Part shown: one piece after another, positions 1 to 9,532 of the stretch
Position numbering within the stretch: the first letter of the stretch is position 1
Layout: every line of letters begins with the position of its first letter
Made by a program: the position numbers and the translations under genes
NCBI GenBank assembly: GCA_002483345.1
Contig: DLHS01000016.1
Coordinates: 21,956-85,955 of the forward strand
Origin: Bacteroidetes bacterium UBA7662
Lineage (GTDB): Bacteria; Bacteroidota; Bacteroidia; UBA7662
Length of the DNA stretch: 64,000 nt
Direction: 5' to 3'
Notes under the pieces: model-generated
Database searches by the model: none
What the model was told of the DNA's origin: nothing
What the model saw: only the letters and a program-made list of their open reading frames with translations

Positions 1-2
1 TG

Positions 3-671
3 GGGTTCGGACGTGCCAATAACCTGGGTGCCTCCACTGCCCGGGGTGATTATTTATTTTTTCTCAATCCGGATACCGAACTGTTGTCGCCAGTACCGGC
101 CCTGCTAAAGGCATTGCTGGAGCAAGATGCCTACAGCCAGGTGGGCGTTGCCGGGGTGAGCATCGTCAATGAATTTGAAAAAGCAGATGTAGCGGCCGGG
201 AATTTCCCGACACCCGCTACCTTGTTGCAGGAGCTTTTTCCTGCCCGATTGTTCCCCTATACCCTCCGGACAGCGCCCTTGTCGGAAAATGTGGTATCGG
301 TAGATTATGTTTCGGGGGCTGATTTATTCTTCCGCCGATTTGTTTTCGAACAAGCCGGCGGCTTTGACCCCGACTTCTTTTTGTACTACGAAGAAACGGA
401 ACTGCAATACCGGGTAGCAAAAATGGGCTATCAGCGGGTTCTGCTGACCGATGCCCGGCTCAAACATTTGTGCGGAACGCCCGACCACAAAGTATCGGAC
501 CGGAAAATCCGGATATTTGAAACCAGCCGTCTGCTGTTCCACCGGAAATGTTACGGCCCGGCAGGTGGTCTCTGGGCCCGTATCTGGCTGGTGTTGTTTT
601 ACGGCAGCCGCTTGCTGACGGGTGGTCCGCGACATTATTTAACCGGAATTAAAACCGCTTTTCAAAGCTGA
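3..671 (+). CDS. Glycosyltransferase family 2 (GT2_like_c), 5'-truncated by window edge
   Basis: Frame is open from base 3 (GFGRANNLGA...GDYLFFLNPDT); VSGADL and GGFDPDFFLYYEETEL motifs typical of WbbL-like GT2. Confidence 0.88.
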   Translation, partial: GFGRANNLGASTARGDYLFFLNPDTELLSPVPALLKALLEQDAYSQVGVAGVSIVNEFEKADVAAGNFPTPATLLQELFPARLFPYTLRTAPLSENVVSVDYVSGADLFFRRFVFEQAGGFDPDFFLYYEETELQYRVAKMGYQRVLLTDARLKHLCGTPDHKVSDRKIRIFETSRLLFHRKCYGPAGGLWARIWLVLFYGSRLLTGGPRHYLTGIKTAFQS

Positions 672-1597
672 TGCCTTTTTTTAGCGTTGTCATACCCCTC
701 TATAACAAAGCCTCCTGGATTGGAGCCACCCTTGACAGTGTGCTGGGGCAATCATTTCAGGATTTCGAATTGCTGGTGATCAACAACGGCAGCACCGATG
801 GCAGCGAACAGGTAGTTGAATCGTATCAGGATAACCGCATCCGGCTGTTTCACCAGGAAAATGGAGGGGTTTCCCGGGCCCGGAATGCAGGCATACTGGA
901 GGCAAAAGCCCATTTTATTGCCTTCCTGGATGCCGATGACCTGTGGGCACCTGCTTTTCTGGAACAGTTGCACCAACTCATACAGCAATATCCGGAAGCA
1001 ACGGCCTATGGTTGTCAGTATGCCTTCAGACAGAAGTATACAGACATACCGCCGCATCAGCCCCTCCTTTCGGGTGAAAAAATGCAGTTGATTGACAATT
1101 ATTTCGATCAGGTGGCTGCCGGAGATATGCTGCTGACTGCGTCATCCGTCTGCATTCCCAAAAAATGGTTTACGAAAGTTGGCCTGTTCCCGGAGGGGGA
1201 ACGGATAGGAGAAGATCAGGATATGTGGGCACGTCTGGCTCTGGCAGGCCCGCTGGCCTTTCATGGTAGTTGTGCTGCTTATTACAGGCAGGAGGTGGGC
1301 GGCATGGCCACTGCGGCCAGACCGGAGGCACAGCTCTGGCCATTTGTAGAGAGACTCTTGCATAAACTCCGTTCCGGCCGGATTCCACAAAATCTTGAAC
1401 CCTCGGTAAGGCGATATGCTGTCAGGCAATTACTCGGACAAGCCAGTCAGCTGGTGTTGGATGGTCAGCAAAAAGCTGCCGGCGTCCTGTTGGCAATACC
1501 GGAAGCCCGTTCGGGTGGAAAACGTTTCCTGTATTGGAAATTTGTGAATCAGCTCCCTGCCTTTTTGCTGTTTTTTATCAAAAAGAGACATGGTTGA
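671..1597 (+). CDS. Glycosyltransferase family 2
   Basis: FSVVIPLYNK...NNGSTD...GVSRARN...FLDADD...GEDQD; 1-bp overlap with upstream stop. Confidence 0.92.
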   Translation: MPFFSVVIPLYNKASWIGATLDSVLGQSFQDFELLVINNGSTDGSEQVVESYQDNRIRLFHQENGGVSRARNAGILEAKAHFIAFLDADDLWAPAFLEQLHQLIQQYPEATAYGCQYAFRQKYTDIPPHQPLLSGEKMQLIDNYFDQVAAGDMLLTASSVCIPKKWFTKVGLFPEGERIGEDQDMWARLALAGPLAFHGSCAAYYRQEVGGMATAARPEAQLWPFVERLLHKLRSGRIPQNLEPSVRRYAVRQLLGQASQLVLDGQQKAAGVLLAIPEARSGGKRFLYWKFVNQLPAFLLFFIKKRHG

Positions 1598-2402
1598 ATC
1601 AAAAAAGAAGGTGGATACCCTCGCCATTCTGGTCTGTTATGGGCAGGACTTCCGGCAATGCAGCAGCTGGCTTAGTTTACGGGTTGCAGCCGGAGCCCAA
1701 TTAGACTGGTTTGTGGCCGACAACAGCCCACACCCTGTTCTGCAGGACGAAGCCATCGTTTACAGGCATTACCCACACAATCCCGGCGTAAGTGTTGCTT
1801 ATCTGGAAGGGGCTGCATTTGCCAGAAATGAAGGGTACAGTTGGATATTATTATTGGATCAGGATACAAATTTCCCGGCAGAAAGCTGGCAGGCCTATCA
1901 GGAGGCACGTACGCAATGGCCTGATTATGCACTTTACAGCCCACAGCTTTGGTCTGCACAGAAAGGCATATCACCCGCACCGGCCAGATTCGGGAGGGCC
2001 TTTGCCAGTGAAAAGCTGCCCTCAGGGCCTTATTCGCTGGCAGCTTACAGCCCGATCAATGCAGGCATGTTGCTTTCGCTCGATGCTTATCTGGCCGTAG
2101 GTGGTCATGTGCCCAGTGTTTACCTCGACTTCAGCGATTATGCCTTTATCCGGAAATTCCGCAGGAAGTTCCCCAAGGCTGTTGCGCTCCCCCTTCGTAT
2201 CCATCACCACCTTTCGGGTACAGAAAAGAGAACAAAAGAGCAGGACTTTACCCGATTCGGCCATTACTGCCGTTGTGCCAAAGCATATGCCCGCGTTGGT
2301 GGTCCCCGTTTCTGGTTGTTTTTCTGGGCCTTTGCCCGGGCATTGCTGCTTGGTATCCGGCACCGCAGCTTCCGCTTTTTTGGTTTAATTTTAACCTCTT
2401 AA
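1590..2402 (+). CDS. GT2 rhamnosyltransferase-like glycosyltransferase
   Basis: ADNSP, NPGVSVAY, LLLDQDT, INAGML and LDFSDY motifs of RfbF-like GT2s. Confidence 0.82.
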   Translation: MVESKKKVDTLAILVCYGQDFRQCSSWLSLRVAAGAQLDWFVADNSPHPVLQDEAIVYRHYPHNPGVSVAYLEGAAFARNEGYSWILLLDQDTNFPAESWQAYQEARTQWPDYALYSPQLWSAQKGISPAPARFGRAFASEKLPSGPYSLAAYSPINAGMLLSLDAYLAVGGHVPSVYLDFSDYAFIRKFRRKFPKAVALPLRIHHHLSGTEKRTKEQDFTRFGHYCRCAKAYARVGGPRFWLFFWAFARALLLGIRHRSFRFFGLILTS

Positions 2403-2410
2403 CCCTTACT

Positions 2411-3709
2411 TTGAAGACAAAGACCTCTTTCTCCTGGCCCTTGCTCCTGTGTTGGCTGGTGCTGACAGAACTGGTGCTGGGTGGGGGTGGCCGCTGGATG
2501 AGTATGGGACCACTCAGTCCACGCATGATACTGTTCGGGCTTGTCCAGCTTACAGTCCTTTATCAGCTGATAAGTGGCAAATGGAATTGGAAAATACCCT
2601 TTTTACCATTTTTAGCAGTTTTTTTCGGAATCACAACCTTCTCGGCCTTGTGGGGATGGCAACAGGGAGCCAGTCTGACAGCGGTGTTTACGGACGTCAA
2701 ACCCCTTCTATTCTGGGCAAACCTGGCATTTTTCGCTTACGTTTTTTCGGATTTAAGTCAGTTAAGCAACCTCCGGTTCCTGTTTAAGTGGACTACTTTC
2801 GGCTTGGCGGTGAGTTACCTGGCCTTATTACTTTTCTGGCAGCTGAATTGGATAGATGCGGAAAAAATGTACCGGCATCTCGCCCTGAACGAAGAGTTTT
2901 CCTTTCGGGGGAACCTGGGTTTTATGTATAAGGGTTTTGTGTTTTTACCTGTCGGCATGTTTTTCTGGTTACAGGAGAAGGGCTACCGCAAGTACTTTGT
3001 ACTTCTCCTGCTGTATCTGGCTGTATTATTCACCTTTACCCGTGGTTTTTGGGCCATATTATTTTTCATCCATATTTTTTATACGCTCGTTTACCGGCCC
3101 GGGAAATGGGTAAACTGGGTAGCTGCTGCCTTTATGCTGGTAAGTGTATATGCCGCCGGTTTATATGTGGCCAGTCAGCCCAAAGCCTATTTCAAAGGAC
3201 AGGAGGCAGGAGAGATTTTAAACAATGCAGAGAAGCTACAGCAGTCGTTGAGCCAGACGGAAAAGGAAATCAGTGGCGCCTTTAAGCAAGGGTTTGAACA
3301 CCGGGAAGCCTCCATACTCGATCGTTTCATACAGATTCGGCAGGTGGCAGAAGCTACCACCCCTCTTTCCCTTGTTATGGGTCACGGTTTCGGACATGGG
3401 ATTGCGAGCCGGCCGGTTCACATGGAAATAACCTATCTGGAGGTCTTCCACAAACAAGGTTTAGCAGGTCTTGGTCTTTGGATCTGGCTTTTCCTGGCTT
3501 TGGTTAAAAGATTTTACATTGCCATCGGGCGAAAAATCAGAGCCGTTGATGCCTCGTCAGACAGTTTTGTATTTTTTGCATCCGCTTGTTTTATGTTTGG
3601 TATTTCCTGCCTCAACCCGTTTATCAACGCTCCTATGGGGCTGGGCATGCTGGCACTCTCCCTTATCGTACTGGAAAAACTGAGCCAACAAAAAGAGACA
3701 GCCCTATGA
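2411..3709 (+). CDS. O-antigen ligase/polymerase (Wzy_C) family membrane protein
   Basis: About 10 hydrophobic segments, FTFTRG motif, periplasmic loop ending GHGFG...HMEITY..VFHKQGLAG; start re-assigned to TTG 2411 after the upstream stop (uncertain). Confidence 0.75.
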   Translation: MKTKTSFSWPLLLCWLVLTELVLGGGGRWMSMGPLSPRMILFGLVQLTVLYQLISGKWNWKIPFLPFLAVFFGITTFSALWGWQQGASLTAVFTDVKPLLFWANLAFFAYVFSDLSQLSNLRFLFKWTTFGLAVSYLALLLFWQLNWIDAEKMYRHLALNEEFSFRGNLGFMYKGFVFLPVGMFFWLQEKGYRKYFVLLLLYLAVLFTFTRGFWAILFFIHIFYTLVYRPGKWVNWVAAAFMLVSVYAAGLYVASQPKAYFKGQEAGEILNNAEKLQQSLSQTEKEISGAFKQGFEHREASILDRFIQIRQVAEATTPLSLVMGHGFGHGIASRPVHMEITYLEVFHKQGLAGLGLWIWLFLALVKRFYIAIGRKIRAVDASSDSFVFFASACFMFGISCLNPFINAPMGLGMLALSLIVLEKLSQQKETAL

Positions 3710-4419
3710 CCCGAGTAAGTGTTTGTATGCCTGTTTACAACGGCGCTGAGTGGCTGGCGGAACAACTCGATTCCATTCTGCAGCAATTGGGGCCGGAAGA
3801 TGAGATTGTCGTCAATGATGACGGTTCCCGCGACAACAGCATGCAGTTGCTGAGCAGCTATCAGCAACGAGACCCGCGCGTGCGAATACTACCTGCCAGG
3901 AAGTTCGGGAATGTGGTCTACAATGTAGAGTACCTCCTGCAACAGGCTAGGGGAAGTTTTATTTTACTGAGTGACCAGGATGATATCTGGGCACCGGAAA
4001 AGGTGACCCGGATGTTGGCGGCCTTGTCGGATCATACGCTGGTAGTGCATGATTGTGCGGTAGTGGATGCCGGGAAAACACTGCTTCACCCTTCTTTTTA
4101 TGAGATGCACGGCAGTGGCCCTGGCAGATTTAAAAATATCGTCCGCAATAGCTATCTGGGCTGCTGCATGGGATTCCGGAAGGAGTTGCTTCAAACGGCG
4201 CTTCCTTTTCCGGAAAAACTGGATATGCACGATATCTGGCTGGGAAACATAGCGGCATGGTGGTATGAGCTGGTATTTATTAACGATAGACTCCTTTCCT
4301 ACCGACGGCATGGCGGCAATGCTTCTTCTGCCTCAGAAGCCAGCAAATACAATCGTTTGCAGCAAATTGGCATGCGCCTGAAGCTGGTGGCCCAACTTTT
4401 TAAAAGATATTTACGCTGA
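3706..4419 (+). CDS. GT2 glycosyltransferase (rhamnosyltransferase-like)
   Basis: MTRVSVCMPVYNG...DDGSRD...LSDQDDIW...MHDIW...YRRH; ATG 3706 overlaps upstream stop (ATGA). Confidence 0.9.
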   Translation: MTRVSVCMPVYNGAEWLAEQLDSILQQLGPEDEIVVNDDGSRDNSMQLLSSYQQRDPRVRILPARKFGNVVYNVEYLLQQARGSFILLSDQDDIWAPEKVTRMLAALSDHTLVVHDCAVVDAGKTLLHPSFYEMHGSGPGRFKNIVRNSYLGCCMGFRKELLQTALPFPEKLDMHDIWLGNIAAWWYELVFINDRLLSYRRHGGNASSASEASKYNRLQQIGMRLKLVAQLFKRYLR

Positions 4420-5174
4420 TGCGTGTCTCCATCATTACCGTTTGCTTTAACAGTGCCGGAACCATTGCCGATACTTTCCGGAGTGTGGCCGCTCAAACCC
4501 ACGCCGGTACAGAACACATTGTAGTCGACGGAGGTAGCACTGACGGAACGGTTACGCTTATACAAGAATATGCAGCTGCTCAGCCTTCCGGTCGTGTAAA
4601 ATGGGTCAGTGAGGCAGACAAGGGCCTGTACGATGCCATGAACAAGGGGCTTGCATTGTGTACGGGAGAGGTGGCAGGATTTCTGAATGCAGATGATTTT
4701 TATGCTTATCCCGGCGCTATATCCGATCTGGTTGCCACTTTCCAGGCAGAAAAAACGGCCTGTGTTTACACAGACCTCCATTATGTGGATGCGCAACAGA
4801 CCGGCAAGGTTACCCGTAAGTGGAAAGCCGGGAAATATCAAAAAAATGCCTTTTTATGGGGCTGGATGCCTCCCCATCCTACCTTTTATGTCAAAACTGC
4901 CGTGTACAAAAGGCTGGGTGGTTACCGGCTTGATTTAAAAAGTGCTGCTGACTACGAGCTGATGTTGCGTTTTTTGCATAAAAACAAGATTACAGCAGCC
5001 TATCTGCCCAAAACCACGGTTTTGATGCGCGCAGGAGGGGTAAGCAATGCCAGCGTACAAAACAGGCTTATCGCCAATCAAATGGATCGCAAGGCATGGG
5101 TAGTGAATGGCCTGAAACCCTACTTTTTCACCCTTTGGGTAAAGCCATTGCGGAAAATCGGCCAGTTTTTTTAG
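4419..5174 (+). CDS. GT2 glycosyltransferase (WcaE/WfgS-like)
   Basis: VSIITVCFN, VDGGSTDGT, SEADKGLYDAMNKG, LNADD, PPHP, AADYELMLR. Confidence 0.93.
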   Translation: MRVSIITVCFNSAGTIADTFRSVAAQTHAGTEHIVVDGGSTDGTVTLIQEYAAAQPSGRVKWVSEADKGLYDAMNKGLALCTGEVAGFLNADDFYAYPGAISDLVATFQAEKTACVYTDLHYVDAQQTGKVTRKWKAGKYQKNAFLWGWMPPHPTFYVKTAVYKRLGGYRLDLKSAADYELMLRFLHKNKITAAYLPKTTVLMRAGGVSNASVQNRLIANQMDRKAWVVNGLKPYFFTLWVKPLRKIGQFF

Positions 5175-5303
5175 ACAACGAGATTTCGAGAGGCGAGAAG
5201 CGAGACTTTTGCGCCTGCGGCGCAGTCCATAGCCGATAACCACACTGCCGCACAGCGGCAGTAAAAAGTCTCGCTTCTCGCCTCTCGAAATCTCGCTGTC
5301 TAA
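5171..5303. repeat. Long inverted-repeat element, copy 1 (REPIN/MITE-like)
   Basis: Left arm 5171-5210 TTAGACAACGAGATTTCGAGAGGCGAGAAGCGAGACTTTT matches the reverse complement of right arm 5264-5303 at 39/40; internal hairpins at 5210-5224 and 5244-5262. Confidence 0.9.
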
Positions 5304-5336
5304 GAAAAGAAACCGCTGCGAAGCAGCTCCATTATT

Positions 5337-5344
5337 TATATTTG
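5337..5344 (+). promoter_or_regulatory. Bacteroidota sigma-A -7 box (TATATTTG) for manC
   Basis: Matches TAnnTTTG just upstream of ATG 5349. Confidence 0.5.
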
Positions 5345-5348
5345 AGGT

Positions 5349-6644
5349 ATGATTAACCTGATCCTTTCAGGAGGCAGCGGTACCCGTTTGTGGCCTCTTT
5401 CGCGCAAGTTTATGCCCAAGCAGTTTTATCCGCTTCTGGGTGAAAAAACGTTGTTTGAGCGAACAGTTGAGCGCAATGCTTCCACTTGCAAAGCTTACTG
5501 GATTGTTACCAATCAGGATCAGGCTTTGCTTGCCGAAGCACAAATGGGAGCACATGAAGCCCGCTTCATCCTGGAGCCTGTAGGCAGAAATACCGCACCC
5601 GCCATTGCGTTGGTTTGCCATCTCCTTGAGCCGGATACAGTGGTACTCGTGAGTGCCAGCGATCACCTGATTAAAAAGCAAGCTGCTTACGAAAAAGTGG
5701 TAGCCCGTGCTTCCAAACTGGCTGAAGAAGGGTTTCTGGTCACCTTCGGCATCAAACCTTCCTACGCTGAAACCGGCTATGGCTACATTGAGTCAAAAGG
5801 GGAGGAAGTTTTATCGTTCAAGGAAAAACCGGATGCGGTAACGGCGGCACAATACCTTGCCAGCGGTAATTATCTCTGGAACAGTGGCATGTTCTGTTTC
5901 AAAGCCGGAACCTTTCTGGAAGAGCTGAAGAAACATGCCCCCGAGGTATACCACAAATCAAAAGAAGCCCTGAAAAATCATCCTGCAGAGGACGAAATAA
6001 TCGAAATTACTCCGGAGGCCATGCAGGCCATACCGGAAATCAGCATCGATTATGGTGTCATGGAAAAAAGTGATAAGGTGCGGGTGGTGCCTGCCGACAT
6101 CGGCTGGAGTGATCTGGGCAGTTTTGATGCCCTCTACGAAGAACTGCCCCATGATGAGCATGGAAATACGGAAGCGGAAATCACCAACTTCCTGGGAGCA
6201 AAAAATAACCTTGTTTTCAACCGCTCCGACAGCCGGTTGGTACTGCTGGATGTGGAAGACCTGCTGGTGGTAAAAACGCAGACCGCGACCCTCATCGGCC
6301 GCAGAGGACACTCACAAAACGTAAAAAAAGCAGTCGACTTCCTGAAAAAAGAAAACGCCTGGGAACTCAACACCCATGAGAGCCAGGTACTGAGTTATGG
6401 CATTCAAAGGGTCATCAGCTCAACGCCCGAATACGAGCTGGTGGAATTATTTCTGCATCCGGGAGAGACCATTCATACCCATCCGGGTGAACATATTTCC
6501 ATTCAGTTGATTTCAGGCAGTCTGCAACTCGATGAACGTCAACTTAAGTTGGGTGAAAGTATTTCAGCACAAAAAAATGCGCTTAAGTTATTTAACCCTG
6601 ATTTAGAGCAACCCTGCTTGCTGCTTATTACTCATTTGCATTGA
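5349..6644 (+). CDS. manC: Mannose-1-phosphate guanylyltransferase with degenerate C-terminal cupin
   Basis: LILSGGSGTRLWPLSR...PKQF, EPVGRNTAPA, FKEKPD, WNSGMF, SIDYGVMEK, GWSDLGS. Confidence 0.93.
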   Translation: MINLILSGGSGTRLWPLSRKFMPKQFYPLLGEKTLFERTVERNASTCKAYWIVTNQDQALLAEAQMGAHEARFILEPVGRNTAPAIALVCHLLEPDTVVLVSASDHLIKKQAAYEKVVARASKLAEEGFLVTFGIKPSYAETGYGYIESKGEEVLSFKEKPDAVTAAQYLASGNYLWNSGMFCFKAGTFLEELKKHAPEVYHKSKEALKNHPAEDEIIEITPEAMQAIPEISIDYGVMEKSDKVRVVPADIGWSDLGSFDALYEELPHDEHGNTEAEITNFLGAKNNLVFNRSDSRLVLLDVEDLLVVKTQTATLIGRRGHSQNVKKAVDFLKKENAWELNTHESQVLSYGIQRVISSTPEYELVELFLHPGETIHTHPGEHISIQLISGSLQLDERQLKLGESISAQKNALKLFNPDLEQPCLLLITHLH

Positions 6645-8218
6645 TGAGAGTATTCCTGCTTTTTCTTTTTTCGCTCCTGACCTTCATAGGTTATGGTCAG
6701 CACATTCCTTCAAACTTCAGCCTGAACCGATTCTGGCAGCTGGAATTTGAAAGACAGAATAGTTTGCTGGAAAATAAAGCGCATACATCCATCCGCCCCT
6801 GGATAAACAACAGTCAGCAGCTGGCACCTTCGGGAGACAGCCTGGGAACCGGTGAGAAATCATGGCTCTATCGTAAGGTGTACCGGGAACATCTGGTTGA
6901 CTACAGAAAAGAAGACTGGAGCATTCAGCTGGATCCGTTGATGGATCTGCAGCTGGGTGGTTCACAGGGAGGTTCGTTAGCAGTAAATACCCGCGGGGTA
7001 CAGCTACAGGGTAATATCGGCACCCGTTTCGCCTTCTACTCCAGCTTTTTCGAAACCCAGGCCACTCATCCTGATCATGTTACCAATAAAATCCGGAGCA
7101 CACGGGTGGCTCCTGCACAGGGTAATGTGCGTGATTTTGGCAGCAGGGGATTTGATTATGCGCAATCTGTGGCATACGTTTCCTTCTCCCCCAATAAACA
7201 CTTCAACTTCCAGTTCGGACATGACAGACATTTCATTGGCGATGGTTACAGGTCGCTCTTGCTGTCAGATGCCTCCTTCCCACATCCTTACTTCAGAATA
7301 CTGACCGATGTAGGGCCCTTTCAGTATATGTATCTGGTCAGTCAGTATACCGATTTAGTGGCTCCCCGGCTCTCAAATCAGTTGGGTAACCGGCAGAAAT
7401 ACAGTGCCATGGGATATCTTGACTGGCGCATAGGCAAACGGTTTACCCTGGGGTTCTTTCAGGCTGTGGTCTGGCAGGCGGATGATTCTACAGGCAGAAG
7501 AGGTCTGGATGTAAACTACCTGAATCCCATTATATTCCTGCGCCCTGTAGAATTCAGCCTGGGTTCTGAAGGCAATATGCTGCTTGGTCTGAATGCCAAA
7601 CTCAAACTCAGCGATCATCACCTGTTGTACGGGCAGTTGATCCTCGATGAATTCGATTTTTCAGAACTCGTAGCTCAAAACGGCTATTGGGCCAATAAAT
7701 ATGGCTTTCAACTGGGTTATAAAGGCTTTGATATGTTTGGTATCCCCCACCTGGCCTTGCAGTCGGAGGTCAATACGGTTCGCCCCTATACTTACAGTCA
7801 TTGGACAAGTCTGACCAATTATGGTCAATACAATGAACCTTTGGCCCATCCTTTCGGGGCCAATTTTATAGAGTGGGTAAACTTCATTAATTATCGCAAA
7901 GACCGGTACTACGGTCAGTTGCAGCTGATGGCAGCTACCATCGGATACAATGAAGCAGGCAGCAGCGCTGGTCAGGATATTTTCAGCAGCTATTATACCC
8001 GAAGCAGGGACTACGGGAACACCATTGGTCAGGGTAATACCACCAATATTTTTCTTGCTGGTTTGAAAGGGGGGTATATCCTCAACACCCAAACCAATTT
8101 AAGACTTGAGCTCAGTCTTCACCACCGGCAATCACGTCAGGCGTCGGGCACACAAAATGATCAGTGGATAATGCTCGGCCTCGTAAGCAGCATCCGGAAT
8201 CTGTATTACGATTTCTAA
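6641..8218 (+). CDS. Outer-membrane beta-barrel, Wzi/RemB-like capsule assembly protein
   Basis: Signal peptide, FIGDGYRSLLLSD, YLNPIIF.RPVEF, YGQLILDEF, RPYTYSH, PLAHPFGANF, C-terminal aromatic F. Confidence 0.7.
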   Translation: MMRVFLLFLFSLLTFIGYGQHIPSNFSLNRFWQLEFERQNSLLENKAHTSIRPWINNSQQLAPSGDSLGTGEKSWLYRKVYREHLVDYRKEDWSIQLDPLMDLQLGGSQGGSLAVNTRGVQLQGNIGTRFAFYSSFFETQATHPDHVTNKIRSTRVAPAQGNVRDFGSRGFDYAQSVAYVSFSPNKHFNFQFGHDRHFIGDGYRSLLLSDASFPHPYFRILTDVGPFQYMYLVSQYTDLVAPRLSNQLGNRQKYSAMGYLDWRIGKRFTLGFFQAVVWQADDSTGRRGLDVNYLNPIIFLRPVEFSLGSEGNMLLGLNAKLKLSDHHLLYGQLILDEFDFSELVAQNGYWANKYGFQLGYKGFDMFGIPHLALQSEVNTVRPYTYSHWTSLTNYGQYNEPLAHPFGANFIEWVNFINYRKDRYYGQLQLMAATIGYNEAGSSAGQDIFSSYYTRSRDYGNTIGQGNTTNIFLAGLKGGYILNTQTNLRLELSLHHRQSRQASGTQNDQWIMLGLVSSIRNLYYDF

Positions 8219-8223
8219 ACGGG

Positions 8224-9471
8224 CTAACGGTTCGGGGCACTCACTTTATCAGGCAAATTCAAATAAAGGAGAGAAGAAAAAATACCAAAGAACAAAACAC
8301 CCCTGTGCCAGAAGAGAATGGTTTCCGTCTGGAGGCAAAGAAAAATAAAGGCGAGAAATGCTACAAAAAGGAGATTTTTTGTCTTGAAACCCCTTCTTAT
8401 GCCGTAAACAAAAATTCCCAGAAGCAGAAAAGACTGAATAAGACCACCATAAAGAGCTGCTTCTACAAACTGGTTATGACTATTGTATTGTCCCACAAGA
8501 CCTGTCTGAAATCCCTTTTGGGTATACACTTCCCTGAGTGCGTCCTTCCCATCTCCGGCACCTGTACCAAACCATAAATTATCCTGTATTACTTCTGCAG
8601 CGCACTCCCATTGGGCCAAACGAACAGTAATGCCATTGTAGTCAGCTGCCTGATAGGTTTTAATATCATAATCCAGACTTTCAGTCACCTCGAGCAATCT
8701 TAGTTGTACCTGGGAGGGTAAAAAACGGAAACTGAGTACGAACAGCAAGACTATGCCCAATAAAACAGCCACCGGCTTCCACCGCTTCAGTGTTATTGCC
8801 TGATAAACAACGGCCAGCCCCAGGGTAAGCAGGGCAGCCAGCATGGTCATTCTGCCATTAAGCATCACCAGACAAGCGAGCAGGCAGATTCCGGCAGTGA
8901 TACTCCCTGTATTTACCCGCCAGTGTTTATCCATCCAGAATTTGACAAGGATACCGAGACTGACTATCAGCTGCAAGCTGAAATACCCCGGATGCATAAT
9001 CGGCTCGGATAAACCCGTGTAGAAAAAGTAAGCGTAATATATGGTCTCATCTATCACCGGTGAATGATAAACGCGCCAGGCTGCGAAGACAAATGCACCG
9101 GCAACTGCCGCCAGCGATGACAGCAACTGTGCTTTGAATAACCACCTTAAATCCGCCTGATCAGGTTTCCTGATTAACAACAGACCAGGAAGCAACACCA
9201 ATAGTAACTGAGTCCCCAGATTCGAGCCGGCATCTGCCCAATTTTGAGTCCATAACAAGCTCAAAAGCTGCCAGCAGAAATAAAACAACAGTCCTCTGAA
9301 CCAGCCATTGTGCCTTAATTCCCGCCAATTATTTGACTTCCAGCCAACCAAAACAAGGAGTATCAGCACTGCCAAAGCATAGCTGCTAAACCAAACCGGT
9401 AAAAACTGCGAAACGATTAAAAGCATCCAGCCGGCACGTATTGGCCAACCCATCGATTCGCTATTCAGCAT
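8224..9471 (-). CDS. O-antigen ligase (WaaL-like) family protein
   Basis: Multi-TM; HPGYFS, NGRM, R..QW..A....DNLWFGTGAGD, NSHNQF motifs. Confidence 0.85.
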   Translation of the reverse strand: MLNSESMGWPIRAGWMLLIVSQFLPVWFSSYALAVLILLVLVGWKSNNWRELRHNGWFRGLLFYFCWQLLSLLWTQNWADAGSNLGTQLLLVLLPGLLLIRKPDQADLRWLFKAQLLSSLAAVAGAFVFAAWRVYHSPVIDETIYYAYFFYTGLSEPIMHPGYFSLQLIVSLGILVKFWMDKHWRVNTGSITAGICLLACLVMLNGRMTMLAALLTLGLAVVYQAITLKRWKPVAVLLGIVLLFVLSFRFLPSQVQLRLLEVTESLDYDIKTYQAADYNGITVRLAQWECAAEVIQDNLWFGTGAGDGKDALREVYTQKGFQTGLVGQYNSHNQFVEAALYGGLIQSFLLLGIFVYGIRRGFKTKNLLFVAFLAFIFLCLQTETILFWHRGVLFFGIFSSLLYLNLPDKVSAPNR

Positions 9472-9532
9472 TTTAGGTTATTTTGCGGTGCCAAAACGTT
9501 GTTCTCAACCATATCAGCTCAAGATACGAAGG

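Noticed and set aside
2273-2410. Long N-terminal extensions in the ORF track (also 3586, 24862, 27621, 38282, 44399, 49240, 54939)
   Set aside because: They overlap upstream genes or promoter boxes; downstream starts fit family N-termini better
5171-5303. CRISPR array or tRNA interpretation of the repeats
   Set aside because: Repeats are inverted, not direct with spacers; no cas genes; no cloverleaf or T-arm consensus
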